From Mesotaenium endlicherianum (lineage: Eukaryota), in contig WELA01003159.1 of assembly GCA_009602735.1 (NCBI GenBank), positions 80,173 through 114,685 of the forward strand: 34,513 nucleotides of DNA, given 5' to 3'. How positions within the stretch are numbered: position 1 is the first letter of the stretch; every line of letters begins with the position of its first letter. A model generated the notes under the pieces. That model saw only the letters and a program-made list of their open reading frames with translations, was not told where the DNA came from and ran no database searches. Of the stretch, positions 19,647-31,909 are shown piece after piece. The translations under genes and the position numbers were made by a program.

Positions 19647-22600
19647 TTATATGCATAGGGAGCCCATGTCTAATTTAAGTTTGATATCTGAATCATGCTT
19701 CCTGCTCTCATCCACATTACTTTCAAATGCCGCCGCCTTGGCTAGGCGAAGGCTTTCCTTTCTTTCTTTGTTTGTCATATGCTCTCTCGAGCTGCAACAC
19801 AGCCATGCTGATGGTGTCAGTACGCCATCGACCAGATAATCCACTGAACTCCCCCAGGCGCCTAGGAGCTTGCCTGCCTACAGTAACAACCTGAGCAGTT
19901 ACTGCATTCCTGTTTAACATTGCCATGTGAAATGGCGTTGGGCATCTTTGGCCAGGCAGCAAAGGCAAAAGCCTCAGGCGTATGCATCAGCCAATGAACG
20001 TCGTGCAAAAGCTTGACAGAAGACATGTAAAATTTTGCAGAGACCTGGGTGTATGACGCTAAATAAGTCTTGCTACTCATGCCCCACTGTGGAAAACCCT
20101 GTCGTGCATAACAATGTAAGTTCCAAGAAGAACAACTTCTCAGTAACAGGTTGCCCTCCTTTGCCGAAGAAGTTCCATCCCCACGGCAATGCTACAGCGC
20201 TAGCTGCAGGAGGAATCTCCCCATCACCTTGCTCTACACTACAGTGCTTGGATGGAGGGCACCCTTGAGCAGTCAACACGATCTCTGACTGATGGGGGCG
20301 CTGCACCCCACCCGCAGGCACATGCAGGGCCCAACTGACAGCGAACACTAGCTTCACGCACAGCACAGCACAGCACAGCACAGAGCTGACCTGAAGGTCA
20401 TCTGAAAGCAGGCCGGCCAAATTGGCAACTCCAAACCTTTACCTGAGAGTGGCGGCAGCGGCCGGTGGCACGTGCTTGCTTGCGGCTCCACAGCAGGCCT
20501 TGTACCGTTTCGTTGAGCCGCACGGGCACGGCCGATTCCTCCCTGGGTTCTGGCCATACGAAGCAAATCGAAGAGCAGATTCAATGTCTGCCGGGTAGGC
20601 ACAGTTGGGCTGGCAAGCTGCTCCTACCTTGCCAGCACGTCTCGAGGACAAAAGAGACAACTATGCTGGTGATATGCACGCGCTACAGATGAAGCAGAGA
20701 AGAGGGGGGGGGGAGAAAGGAGGAAGAAGCGGGAGGGAGGGAGAGTGGAGAAACAGGGCATGTGGCCCACTCAAGACTTGTTCAAGTAGCTGCGTCTTCC
20801 CTTCACTCCAAGAAAAGCATTGCAACATCCTACACTAATGGGTGCATGCAAGCACGCTGGAGTTCTACGAGAACAGGAAGGACACAGAACGCATGCATAC
20901 ACATGCGTGTGGAGGAGTGCGCTTCCAACTTTGGGGTAGCAGCAGCGCCCCGTCTCCTCGTGCCCTTCCTGGCGTGCAGGCTGTCAAGCAGTTCCAGCAC
21001 CAGGATAACAACAATACATTGCCCCATGAATACACACGAGGATAAAGCTACAGGAGGAGAGAGTTACATATAGTCATACAGCACACACGGCCACTACATA
21101 TGTGGGCCCCCCCACCCACCTCTGCCTCTCGCCTCCGTGCGCCAGCTGTCACCCCGTTGGCCTGCTCCCCAGCTGTCGCTGGTTGGCCGGCAGCCGCCTC
21201 CTCTCTGACGTGAGGTGCTGGCCCGCCATTGGCCGAGCTCTGACAATTGGAATGAGCACTGGATGCCCTGTCTCCGGGGGCCGCCTGCCCTCGTGCTCCT
21301 GCTTCTGCCAAGTCTCCCAAAGCGACGTACCTGTTAGCGTACGAGTGTCAACAGGGGGCAGGCACCTCGAGCAATCCACACAGAGGGTGTGCTCAGGTTG
21401 GGGAGAAGAAGAGACGCGATGACACGTGGAAGGCAGGTGCAAGTGATACTCTTCCGGCTCTGTAGTCCAAGCCTTGAGTGACTCTCTCAGCAGCTGCAGG
21501 GGGGGGAGCGAGGGGACGTGAGGGCGGGGGGGAGGGGGAGGGGACAGAGAGAGGGGGACTCGGTGGCACAGTTTGGCGTGCATCTATATAACCTCACTCC
21601 AACAGTAAGCATCCGGGCACAGCAATAGATGGACGCGTGCAAGCACACGCACGCACGCGCACACACATACCCACTCCTTTTCCCATGCACGAGCTCTCTC
21701 TTCCCCACACATGAGACGTACACATCTGCAAACTGTCGCTCCCTTACACACAGACACCCAAACAGCCTTTCTGCCACAGATGCACACACATGCGCAGCAC
21801 TGCAACGTAAATGCTTCCGCTGCAACCCTGCTTCAAAGGGCCGAAAAAAAGGGAGGGCCTGCACCACCCGATTGCAAATCGTACCGTCAGATGGGAGTCC
21901 ATCGGCAGTGAGCAGGGGCGCCGTCACAGCTCCGCTTGACAGCTCAGCATTCTCGTCCTCGCTGGCGTCGGCCGCTATCAAGTACTCGATTGCTGCGTCG
22001 GTGTCGCCTCGCATCTCCTCCAGCACCTGCCACGTGTCAGCGCCGCAGCGCACCAACCCCTCAATTCTCAATCTGCTATTTGCAATCTCAGAAGTGCAGA
22101 CACTGACCAGGCCAGCCGGGCGCGCTCGGCTGGCGGCCGCCGCTCACACGGCACGCGACAGCTAACGCGCACGTGATCGCCACCTGCAACTCATTCCAGC
22201 TATGCCATATTCGTTAGACTGCATATGTGCTGGGTCCCAGAGGCAATGGACACGCGCAGGAAAGGAGGGGGCTGAAATCGGGGTGGGGGTGTGGAGGGGG
22301 AGGGGAGAGGGGGGAGATGCAGAGGACGTCGCAGGAAGTGAATGCCCTCGGATGCGTCAGCCAATTAAAGGAGCGAACTGTGCTGCTCCGTGAGTCCCTC
22401 TGCACTCATCCAGCTGGCGGATGCCCACGCAAACGGACACGCACACGCGAAAGCATGCGCACATCAGCAGTCGCACACGCACGCCCCCACGCGCAGCAGG
22501 CGCGGCCGGCACATAGCACCACAAACCTGACATTGGCAAGGAGGAGCCAGCCACCGTCAAGTTTCGCAGAGCAAGCGTCTGCGAGCTTCATGCAAACAAG

Positions 22601-25591
22601 CGCCCCTCAAACAGCATCACGAGGGGGAAGGAGCAGGCAAGAAAGAGGGGTGGGAGAGGGGGCTGAGGGTACGCACCGTTTGGATCTTGGCGACGTCCAC
22701 GCACCCCGTGCCGATGCGCACCGCTTGCAGCGCTCTCGCATCGCCACCTGTCCCGGGCGCACCCGCCCCTGCTGCCGCCGCCGCCGGCGCTCCTGCCAGC
22801 TTTGCATCTGCCTGGACATGCCCCCAGCGGGAGAGGCCCGTGCGACAGCTGTCAGTCCATGAAGCGCTCGAGAGTGGGGGGAAAGCGCAGCTGAGAAGAA
22901 ATAAGGGAGGAGAGGGAAAGAGAGGGGTGGGGTGGGGGGGTGGGTACGAGGGAGAGAGAGGAGATAATTGCGAGGCTAGAGAAGAGGACAGGTGGACGGT
23001 GATGCTTCTATTCCTGGGCAGCGGAACAGAAGCCCATGCCTGACAGCTGGCGGGAGAGAGCATAGGAGCGAGGGGACCAATAAATACAAGGCAAGATTCA
23101 CGGTCGCGCTGAGCTGGCCCGGAGATGCGAGGGCTGCCTCATGCGGTGGTCAACAGGTGGAGGAGGAGAGTCTGCGTGCGGCGACAGCAACGAGAGACGG
23201 GGGCGTGCAATCAGCAGGTACGCCGAAGTGGAAGGCGGCTTTCCTCCCTTGCCAGCCGGAAACAAAATTGCAACCGGAATGACACCTCAAGCCACCACCC
23301 CTCCCCTGCCTGCTTCTGAACCACGAGCCATGCCTTGCCCCTTTGCAAACTCTGCTTGCTGAAGCGAACTTAGTGCAGCCTGGATTGTACTGTTGGCATC
23401 CCATGAGTGCGAAACAAAGCGCGCACCTGCGTCAGCCGGATGTCTCATCCTACACTCAGAGCAAGAGAGCCCGGGGAAGCAAGTAACGGGCGTGCAGGAC
23501 ATACCAAAAGAAAAATAAGAAGAAGAAGAAGGAGAAGAAGAAGAAGTTAGCAATAAGGTACTAATCAAGAACCACCCCCCCCCGTTCGCCTCGGAGTCTC
23601 GCGCACAAGGGGCCTTCTAGGGAGCCAAGTTGACTGCACCCGCAGCTCACGCGCATCCAATCTTTTGCTCAAACTACGACAAGACCTGACTGCTACGCCG
23701 CCACCGCCGTGGCGTTCACGGCCCCCGCCCCAGCCCAGCGCCCACAGAGAGCTGCGATGCAAGCGTGCATTGGCTTTCGGGCTTATGTAAGCGCGCCACC
23801 ACACAACTAGCAAAGCACGCACGCTGCCGAGCATGCTGCTGAGAGTAGCCGTGTGTGAGGGGGGGGCGGGCTCGGGCTCAAACGCAAGGACCGGCACGCA
23901 GGCGCGTGTCCCACGCTAGAGGCATTTGGAAGAAGAAACAAGCGGGCTGTGGCAAGAGGAAGGGGGGTGGNNNNNNNNNNNNNNNNNNNNNNNNNNNNNN
24001 NNNNNNNNNNNNNNNNNNNNNNNNNNNNNNNNNNNNNNNNNNNNNNNNNNNNNNNNNNNNNNNNNNNNNNGGGGGGGGGGGAGTCAGGTGGGGGGGTATA
24101 GCCAAAGGGATCAAAATCAGAGACCTCGATGAGGATGGGCTTGGCGGGCGCAGGCTCGTCGTCGTCGACTCGGCGCACGCTGTTGTAATGCTCCCCGTCG
24201 TGATACGACCTGCTTCCCGCCACCTGTCTGCGTTAGGAGGGGACGGGGCCGGCAGCTTGATGGCTTGGCTCGCCCGGCCCAGGTGCCAGGTGTCGCACTG
24301 AAGGGGCACGAGGAGAAATATGCAGTTGGCTGACTGGGGGGCACGCAGGAGACACAGGAGAGGCCTGCAGCCCTGGCAGCCTCTCAGTATAGCGACACCG
24401 CAAGAATCATTATCTGGGGCGTGCTCTGTGCCTGAGCTTCCGCACGTACGCGCCAGCCAAGCGTCGGCAGAATGTTGCGCCATGTCAGATCGCGCTCGAC
24501 GTACCGCTGTAAAGATACAGCCGATTGGATGGATGCATGTTCAACTCCTAGAGCAAGGCGCCCGAAATGCTAACGAACAAAGTTCTGAAGCAGAAGCAAA
24601 GGCAGCAGAAAAACACTCCTCTCATGCCCTTCCCGAGCGGCCGAAGGGATGAGGTGCGGTGGGGGAGCATCATCCGGAGCACACTTGTCGCGCTGGCCTG
24701 CCAGTGCTGGCAACCGAGAACGCACAGTGAGCTTTTCCCGTCCCCCCTCCTACTGCAGCAGCTCAGCAGGCGCAGGGGCGTGCAGCCGACGCTGGCTCCG
24801 AGATCCCTACGAGACCACCTGCCACTGCCGGCCTACCTTCCATCTCTCTATTACGTCATGTGGGCGGAAGCACCCAATTAGCACGCTCTCACAAAAAGCC
24901 GAGGGAGAGGGAAAAGGAGACGGAGAGAAGAGGGAGAGGCAGATTAAGGAGGGAGAGGCAGAGGGAGAGCGAGAGGGAGAGGGAAAGCGAGATGGAGAGG
25001 GAGACAGAGCATAGGAGAGGAAAGAGGAAGAGGGGAGAGGAGAGGCTCACAGGTGGATGGTGTGCACCGAAGGGTCCTCAAAGTTGCGGATGTGCCACCG
25101 GGGCGAGTTGAGCTGCCAGCCAGGACGACACCAAGATGAGACGTCAGCCGCGACGACACAGGCTTGGAGTCATTGCCAGCTGTCATGGTGGGAGGGGAGG
25201 AGGAGGAGCAAAAGATGCAGGGCCAGAAGCGCTCTAGTTGCAGCTTGAGTTTCCGGATCATCTAGGGCATGCAAGAGGTGGCAGCAGCAGGCGCAACGCG
25301 AGCACCAGTGAAGCTAGCAGCCGCTTGAGGGGAGCGAGCGACGGCGTAAATGACGCACGCATGCGAATGCGTGGCGGGCGGTGGCTTGCACCAGAAGAGC
25401 AAGCAGGTTGTTCCGTGTGACAGCGGGAGCTTGGGGCTATGTCATCCTGCCGAATTGCGTGCGCACTGTGGAAGCTCTGGATGATGCAGCGCGCCTCAGT
25501 TGGTCGTGCTAGGAAGTCTGTAGTGGGCCCAGTACTGATGATCAGCACTATGTGCTTTGAATGAAATGTCAGCTGACACGCTGTCGTGTAC

Positions 25592-25629
<38 letters not shown>

Positions 25630-28526
25630 AAGAGAGGGGGGNNNNNNNNNNNNNNNNNNNNNNNNNNNNNNNNNNNNNNNNNNNNNNNNNNNNNNNNNNN
25701 NNNNNNNNNNNNNNNNNNNNNNNNNNNNNNNNNNNNNNNNNNNNNNNNNNNNNNNNNNNNNNNNNNNNNNNNNNNNNNNNNNNNNNNNNNNNNNNNNNNN
25801 NNNNNNNNNNNNNNNNNNNNNNNNNNNNNNNNNNNNNNNNNNNNNNNNNNNNNNNNNNNNNNNNNNNNNNNNNNNNNNNNNNNNNNNNNNNNNNNNNNNN
25901 NNNNNNNNNNNNNNNNNNNNNNNNNNNNNNNNNNNNNNNNNNNNNNNNNNNNNNNNNNNNNNNNNNNNNNNNNNNNNNNNNNNNNNNNNNNNNNNNNNNN
26001 NNNNNNNNNNNNNNNNNNNNNNNNNNNNNNNNNNNNNNNNNNNNNNNNNNNNNNNNNNNNNNNNNNNNNNNNNNNNNNNNNNNNNNNNNNNNNNNNNNNN
26101 NNNNNNNNNNNNNNNNNNNNNNNNNNNNNNNNNNNNNNNNNNNNNNNNNNNNNNNNNNNNNNNNNNNNNNNNNNNNNNNNNNNNNNNNNNNNNNNNNNNN
26201 NNNNNNNNNNNNNNNNNNNNNNNNNNNNNNNNNNNNNNNNNNNNNNNNNNNNNNNNNNNNNNNNNNNNNNNNNNNNNNNNNNNNNNNNNNNNNNNNNNNN
26301 NNNNNNNNNNNNNNNNNNNNNNNNNNNNNNNNNNNNNNNNNNNNNNNNNNNNNNNNNNNNNNNNNNNNNNNNNNNNNNNNNNNNNNNNNNNNNNNNNNNN
26401 NNNNNNNNNNNNNNNNNNNNNNNNNNNNNNNNNNNNNNNNNNNNNNNNNNNNNNNNNNNNNNNNNNNNNNNNNNNNNNNNNNNNNNNNNNNNNNNCACCC
26501 CCACCCCTGGCCTCACACACTCCTCCCTCCAACCCCCTCATTTGTCCAGCTTCCCAAACCAGAGGGGCAAGGCCTCTTTGGGCGATTGTCATCAAGTTCT
26601 TCGCATGGCCAAGATTGAAGCGAGGGATCTCATCTCTTCAGGAGCCCCTGTGGTGCCACAAGGGCCCAGCTCATGCCCTCTCCCCCCACAGGGCCAACTC
26701 GACTGTAGTAAGGGTCTGGACCAGGGCTGGCTTGACCTCTGCAGCTTCAGCGGGAGCAACCCCTGAGCTGAGCGGGTGTGAAAGGGGCCAACTTCTATGA
26801 CGCTTCACAGGACTCGTGTTTCCCCAAGGCAACCTGTGCAGCTACAAGCTTTGTGCTGCACACCTATCTTCCCCAGCCCCTACGGAGGTCGATTGGTGGT
26901 TATAGTGCACCACCCTGATGTTACTAGTGCGGCAGAGATGGGCGGGTTGAGGGCCAGTGGGCGGGCTTGCTGGGGGAGGAAGGGGAAGAGGAAGAGGAGG
27001 AGGAGGAGGAGGAAGGGGAAGGCAAATGAAGAAGAAGAAGAAGAGGAAGGAGGAGAAGAAGAGGGAGGAGGAGAAGTAGAGGAGGAGGAGGAAGGGAAAG
27101 ACGAAGAAGGAGAAGACGAAGGTAAGGAGAAGAGGAGAAAGAGGAAGAGGCCGCAGCAGAACCTGGATGTAGTCAACGGTGGAAGCGCGCAGCCTGGCAT
27201 GGCCCTCCTGCGAGCCCTCCTGCTGATCTGCCACTGCCCTGAGTGCCCCCCAGCAGGATGTCACAGCCAGGAAAGCTTGATGGCGTTAATGGGAGGGAGT
27301 CGTACAAAATCAGATAGAGGCCCACCCTTGTAGGTGGCATCATTCTCGTGCAGGAGCAATCTCTCATCCCTTACTTCCTGAGAAGGAGGGGGGCTGGTCT
27401 GAATGTCTGAAGCGGTATGTGAGTTGGAGAGTATTCCCTCTGAGCTCCCCCATAGCCGTTTGAGTCATCAACTCACTGCAGACAGTCTCCAAATTATGTT
27501 CAGCAGCTTCCTTTACCTATCCATCTCTTCTTATACTATTAAGCAGCTGAGTCCTTTTGTTCTTAGATCGCTTCTCAAGGACCATGGGTAGCTTCAGCAA
27601 CCGAGCCATGGCAGCTTCAGTCGGTCCTTCCATGTTCTGCTGGAGTGTCTCTGTCGTCACCAAAGGCAGATGACGAAAGCAGGCCGTTCACGAGTCCTCC
27701 ACGAGTCTTACGACAGATAGAGCTTCATCTTCTGCGGCAAGATGGTGCAGAAGAAGGGGCCAGGCGTTAAGTGGGGCTTCCAAGCTGGAAGGTATGACTC
27801 GAGAGACGGGAGAAGGTGAGAGACCTGAAGAAGCAGTTGCCATCTGGCAGGACCTCGCGAATCTTGAGGCCTAGAGCTGCCAGCTGCTCCCACTGGATGC
27901 TGCCGTCATATGTCTTGCCGCCCTTCTGCCGATCGATGGAGGCACCAAGAGCAGCAGCTCAGTAATGTGCCAAGCATATACCAATGGAGAGAAGCTTGAA
28001 GAGTGAACAATTGTCCAGAAGCTTCCAAAGGACAAAGTCATGTCTTGAAAGTAACGTAGAAAATGTCTTACTTCTGGGAATTTTCATGTGTAGATTACGC
28101 GCAATCATCTTACATCTTGCACATTGCACGCCTAGGAAAAGCTCGACTGACCACTTTTCTGCTGCAAAAGTCCACACCGGCTGACCTTACAATGCATTTC
28201 TCTGCCACTGAGAACTTGATTGCAAGCGGGAGAAAAACAGAGTGTACCTTGGTGCACTACAGATGAGTATTTCTGTTCCCCTCTCACGAAGCAGCAAGCT
28301 CTCAATCATCAGCTCTTCAATGAGAGTGTCTGTAGTGTTCACGATATCTTATCATGGCCATTTGCAGTCTAGTTTCGAGACCATGAATCAGAGGACAAGA
28401 AAAGCACACCTTTCCTTTCTTGTCCTTGTGTGCCTTGTGAAGGTCGTCAGTGACTTTGTGTACAGCTTCTGCTGCTTTGTGGAGAACTTTATCTTTTACA
28501 CGAGTAATCTTCTTCTTCGTTCCCAT
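19647..28526 (-). CDS. OTU-domain deubiquitinase with UBA-like and SEC-C motifs (plant OTU7 / OTUD3-like)
   Basis: Ten phase-consistent exons: 28526-28410, 27925-27825 (LGLKIREVLPDGNCFFR, catalytic Cys), 27238-27163 (AVADQQEG), [exon(s) expected in the gap], 25112-25051 (PRWHIRNF), 24209-24125 (SYHDGEHYNSVR, catalytic His), 22811-22677, 22026-21885 (GDTDAAIEYLIA), 21304-21120, 20549-20443 (RNRPCPCGSTKRYKACC), 19791-19647 (DMGSLCI*). Confidence 0.93.
23971..24070. other. Assembly gap (100 N, true size probably unknown) in an OTU intron
   Basis: Exactly 100 N between G-rich flanks. Confidence 0.99.
25642..26495. other. Assembly gap inside the OTU gene
   Basis: N run next to (GT)n(GA)n and poly-G. 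Confidence 0.99.
26975..27150. repeat. Intronic polypurine (GAG/GAA) low-complexity tract
   Basis: Direct reading; produces spurious poly-E/K/R ORFs. Confidence 0.9.
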
Positions 28527-29492
28527 TACAAGTGCATTCCTCTGCGGCTTCTTTCGCTGCAGATATGCTGGGACGTTAAATAAGTTTCTCAATTCAAAAT
28601 GGAATCTTCAGCTTTCCAGGTGAGCACGTTCCCAGCGTGATAGGAAAAGAATGAGTGCAATTGGTCCTACACAGCGCAGAGAGGCAGATCAAGCTCACAA
28701 ATTTGACAGGAGAGACATTTTTCTCTGCAGCCCCATGAAATACTAAAGTCTTAGTGGTGTATAAGTAGTCGAGAGAAGTTGCCTCTAACGACGTTGACAG
28801 GCGGGCAAGCCAGCTCAATAAAAATCACGAAAGTAGTCACTGTGAAGGAGCAAGCTGCAGAAAGTGCTCTTAACGCAACTTCTGCACCTTCTACACCTCC
28901 TACACCTTCATCTTTCACACCTGTTAGCATGGGCGTGGTAGTGGTGCGGTGTCACGCACTTTCGTGCACTGCGATTGCAGTGCCCTTCCCAGTCCTAACT
29001 GCCCTGTAAAAGTATCTGGGAGCTGCCACTAGCTGCAACAAGCTGCAGTGTTACTCAAGGTGCCAGCTGCGCACTGCAAATCAGAAATTGTACGGACCAC
29101 TTAATCGTAATAAACATGAGGAAGTGGTAACAAAGAGGTGATTATCGAAGGGTAGTAACTGGGAAATAAAGGGTGAAAAATAGTAAAAAAGGTTATTTCC
29201 CGGGAATCAGTACTGTACTTCCATCGAAAGAATCGGTGCTTCACATCGACTCGGTGCATACGCTCACATCAGATAAGTCTTCAAATTTGAATGTGCATAT
29301 ATTAGAGTGCAGCAGAAGACATGCAGTGGTCTCTTGCGGGTCTCAAATCCTCTTTCTAGTGCAGGTACTGTTGCTGGGTCCCAGAATGTTCAGTGGATAG
29401 TTCTTGTTAGCATGGGAACCAAATGTAGTTGCAGAAATTCTTCAGTCGTAAAATAATGCTGGGTTGATTCCTGACCTGTATACGCTTTGGTG

Positions 29493-30599
29493 ATGACAGC
29501 CACAAGTAGAACGTCAGGTAGTTGCTTATCAAGCATGACCCTGTCAGGAAATTCTTCGATATGCACTCAAGGCGATGGTAAAGAATGGCAGTTTGCAGTC
29601 TATGAGGCTAAGAAGAGACGACTTCCAGCCAGTCATCCTTTCTTTTCTGGTGGAAACCTTGAGAGGGAGCTGCTAGCGAAGCAAGTTTCTTTGCAGATCT
29701 CACAGGATGAGATGGTCAAAGTAAAGCAGGAACAGGAAGATTTGGCATACTCGATCTGCTGCCCTATCGTAGGTTGCAGAGATGTACTACATAGCTTGGC
29801 AGATTTTGACAGCCATTATGCGACAAGGCATATGGCTACATGTTCAATTTGCAGACGATGCTTTCCGACAGCATCACTATTGAGTATCCATGTCTCCGAG
29901 ACTCATGACTCATTCTTCAAAGCAAAACTTGCTCGTGGTCATCCAATGTATGAATGCCTTGTAAGTAATTGTCAGAGCCGGTTCCACTCTGATACTTCTC
30001 GTCTCCAACACTTAATAGACCGTCATCACTTTCCGAAGTCCTTTTCTTTCAACAAGAAGGCACACCTCTCTCAAAAACAACGCAAGAAAGGGCATCAAAG
30101 GCGCAAGGAGCACGCAAGAGCAGAGCAAAATGGCGAAAATCGGGTCAATATTGAGGACGAGGGAGGTAGTATTGGTAGGAAGGAGCATGGAGGCCTTCCT
30201 GTACTTACAGAGATGGACCCTGGCAGTGCTCTGCAACCTTTGGCTGGAGATCATGACATGGATGAAGCAGACACTTTGGGTGCAAGAGATTCATCTTTGC
30301 AATGTAGTGTCAGGGACAACGATTCTGACGTAGTTGCACAATCAGTTCACGAAGTTCAGGTAATGATGAAGAACCTTCAAACTTCTGACTTACTCAAAAG
30401 GAGAGGAAGTTCATGCCGACCCTCAGCTGGTATTCCTGAAAACATATCTTTTGGGCGGAGAAGGGGACGTGGGACTATGTTCGCTCCCTCTTCTCGAGGT
30501 CAAGGTGGAAGCCCAGGGATGGGAGATAGAGGAAGAGGGGAAGGAAGGGGTGTAGGCAGAGGAAAGAATTTGGCTGAATCCACATCTCATGGCCCGTAG
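29493..30599 (+). CDS. ZNF511-like C2H2 zinc-finger protein, single coding exon
   Basis: RRLPASHPFFSGGNLERELLAKQV; CPIVGC..HY..RH; CSICRRCFPT..HVSETHDSFF; MYECLVSNC..HLIDRHHFP; ISFGRRRGRG and RGG tail. Start is ATG 29493, or 29535 if 29365-29499 is a 5' UTR intron. Confidence 0.9.
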   Translation: MTATSRTSGSCLSSMTLSGNSSICTQGDGKEWQFAVYEAKKRRLPASHPFFSGGNLERELLAKQVSLQISQDEMVKVKQEQEDLAYSICCPIVGCRDVLHSLADFDSHYATRHMATCSICRRCFPTASLLSIHVSETHDSFFKAKLARGHPMYECLVSNCQSRFHSDTSRLQHLIDRHHFPKSFSFNKKAHLSQKQRKKGHQRRKEHARAEQNGENRVNIEDEGGSIGRKEHGGLPVLTEMDPGSALQPLAGDHDMDEADTLGARDSSLQCSVRDNDSDVVAQSVHEVQVMMKNLQTSDLLKRRGSSCRPSAGIPENISFGRRRGRGTMFAPSSRGQGGSPGMGDRGRGEGRGVGRGKNLAESTSHGP

Positions 30600-31909
30600 A
30601 GGAAATGTAGGGCGGGGACACAAAGAGGTCAAAAAGGTATCAAGCCAGTTTGACTGCAGGTATGACAAATAAAGCACATGCTTGGCGGGCCTCTTAGACC
30701 ATTTAGAGAGGTCCTTACTTCTGTACATTTTATACCAGGTTCATGTCACATTAGCCGGAGAGGTTGGCTCTAGCCTAGGCTGATCCCTATGACAATAAAG
30801 CTGTTCTGCTGTACACCATGTAAGTCGTTGTGGCGACAACTGTACATATCCAGCATGGTTTGCAGTGTTGACCAGGAAGCTACATCTGCATCTGGCTTGC
30901 GACTATGAACATGGCTTAAAGTTGTTGCAGGGTTAAAAGTGGAACACATGGACCTGCTTTTTGGACTGAGAAGTGGCAAAAGTATGCAGATAACACGTTC
31001 AATAAAGCTCGTGTGAAACCCTGTTGTAGCTTGAATATATTTGCTACTCTGCTCTGCTGCAGTCTGTATGTACCCTTAGCAGAGTTACTGGTCTGATCAA
31101 TACTAAGGTTTGCTTTGGCAACATTTGGCAACAAAAGCTTGAGGCAGAAACATCTTCCTCAACACTTTCTTTTTTTCTGACGTATATCTTGCACAAGGTA
31201 CTGTCGTGTGAAGCAGCTCTTCTACATAGAATATGTGTGGAATATAGTGTGGAATCGTCTTCTCAAGTCACGCCTGGTATCCCAGTATCACTCCATCTTT
31301 CAGTTGCGTTCTTATGGGCACACCTTTGTATGGAGAAACAATTTGCAAGTGGAAATATTTGCATGTCAGAAATAGGACTGATGTGCACTGCACACTGTAG
31401 ATGTAAAGTAATAGAAACTTGACGATTGACTTGCTGTTAAATATTGTGCATTTCCTGCAGACAGCATCAGAATGTCGCAACAAATCACCAGGGCACTGAA
31501 ATTTTGAACGAAAGAAATTTTCAGCACAGGCATGACAAGGTAACCTCACGAGGGTATGTGGCCATGTACTCTACACAAGATTTGCGTCTCATCTAGGGCA
31601 GTCCCCAAATGATTATCACCTGACCTGACTATCGTTACCGACGCACAATCAGGGAGCAGATAAACGGACTCCGTCCTAGTACTTGAAGACGATGCTCCTA
31701 TATCCCTTGTAGATGCAGCCCTAAGCACGAAGCTATAAGGACGTTACAACGCGCGCTCAACAACAACCAGGCACGTCCTAGACATAAGCATCGGCTCGAT
31801 GGGCTAAGAAACAAATTCTGACCGTTGATGTCGTCAGCCCCCCTCCCGAAACTCACCTACACCTTCTTACCAAAGAATAGAACCTCCCCCACCTAGCGCA
31901 GGAGAGTCC

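Noticed and set aside
24270..24295. GTWAG peptide resembling the missing OTU motif
   Set aside because: Lies downstream of the PRWHIRNF exon (wrong order), lacks the following ELQA and has no convincing splice sites
26797..27333. Poly-E/K/R ORF on the + strand
   Set aside because: Translation of an intronic purine tract antisense to a supported OTU exon
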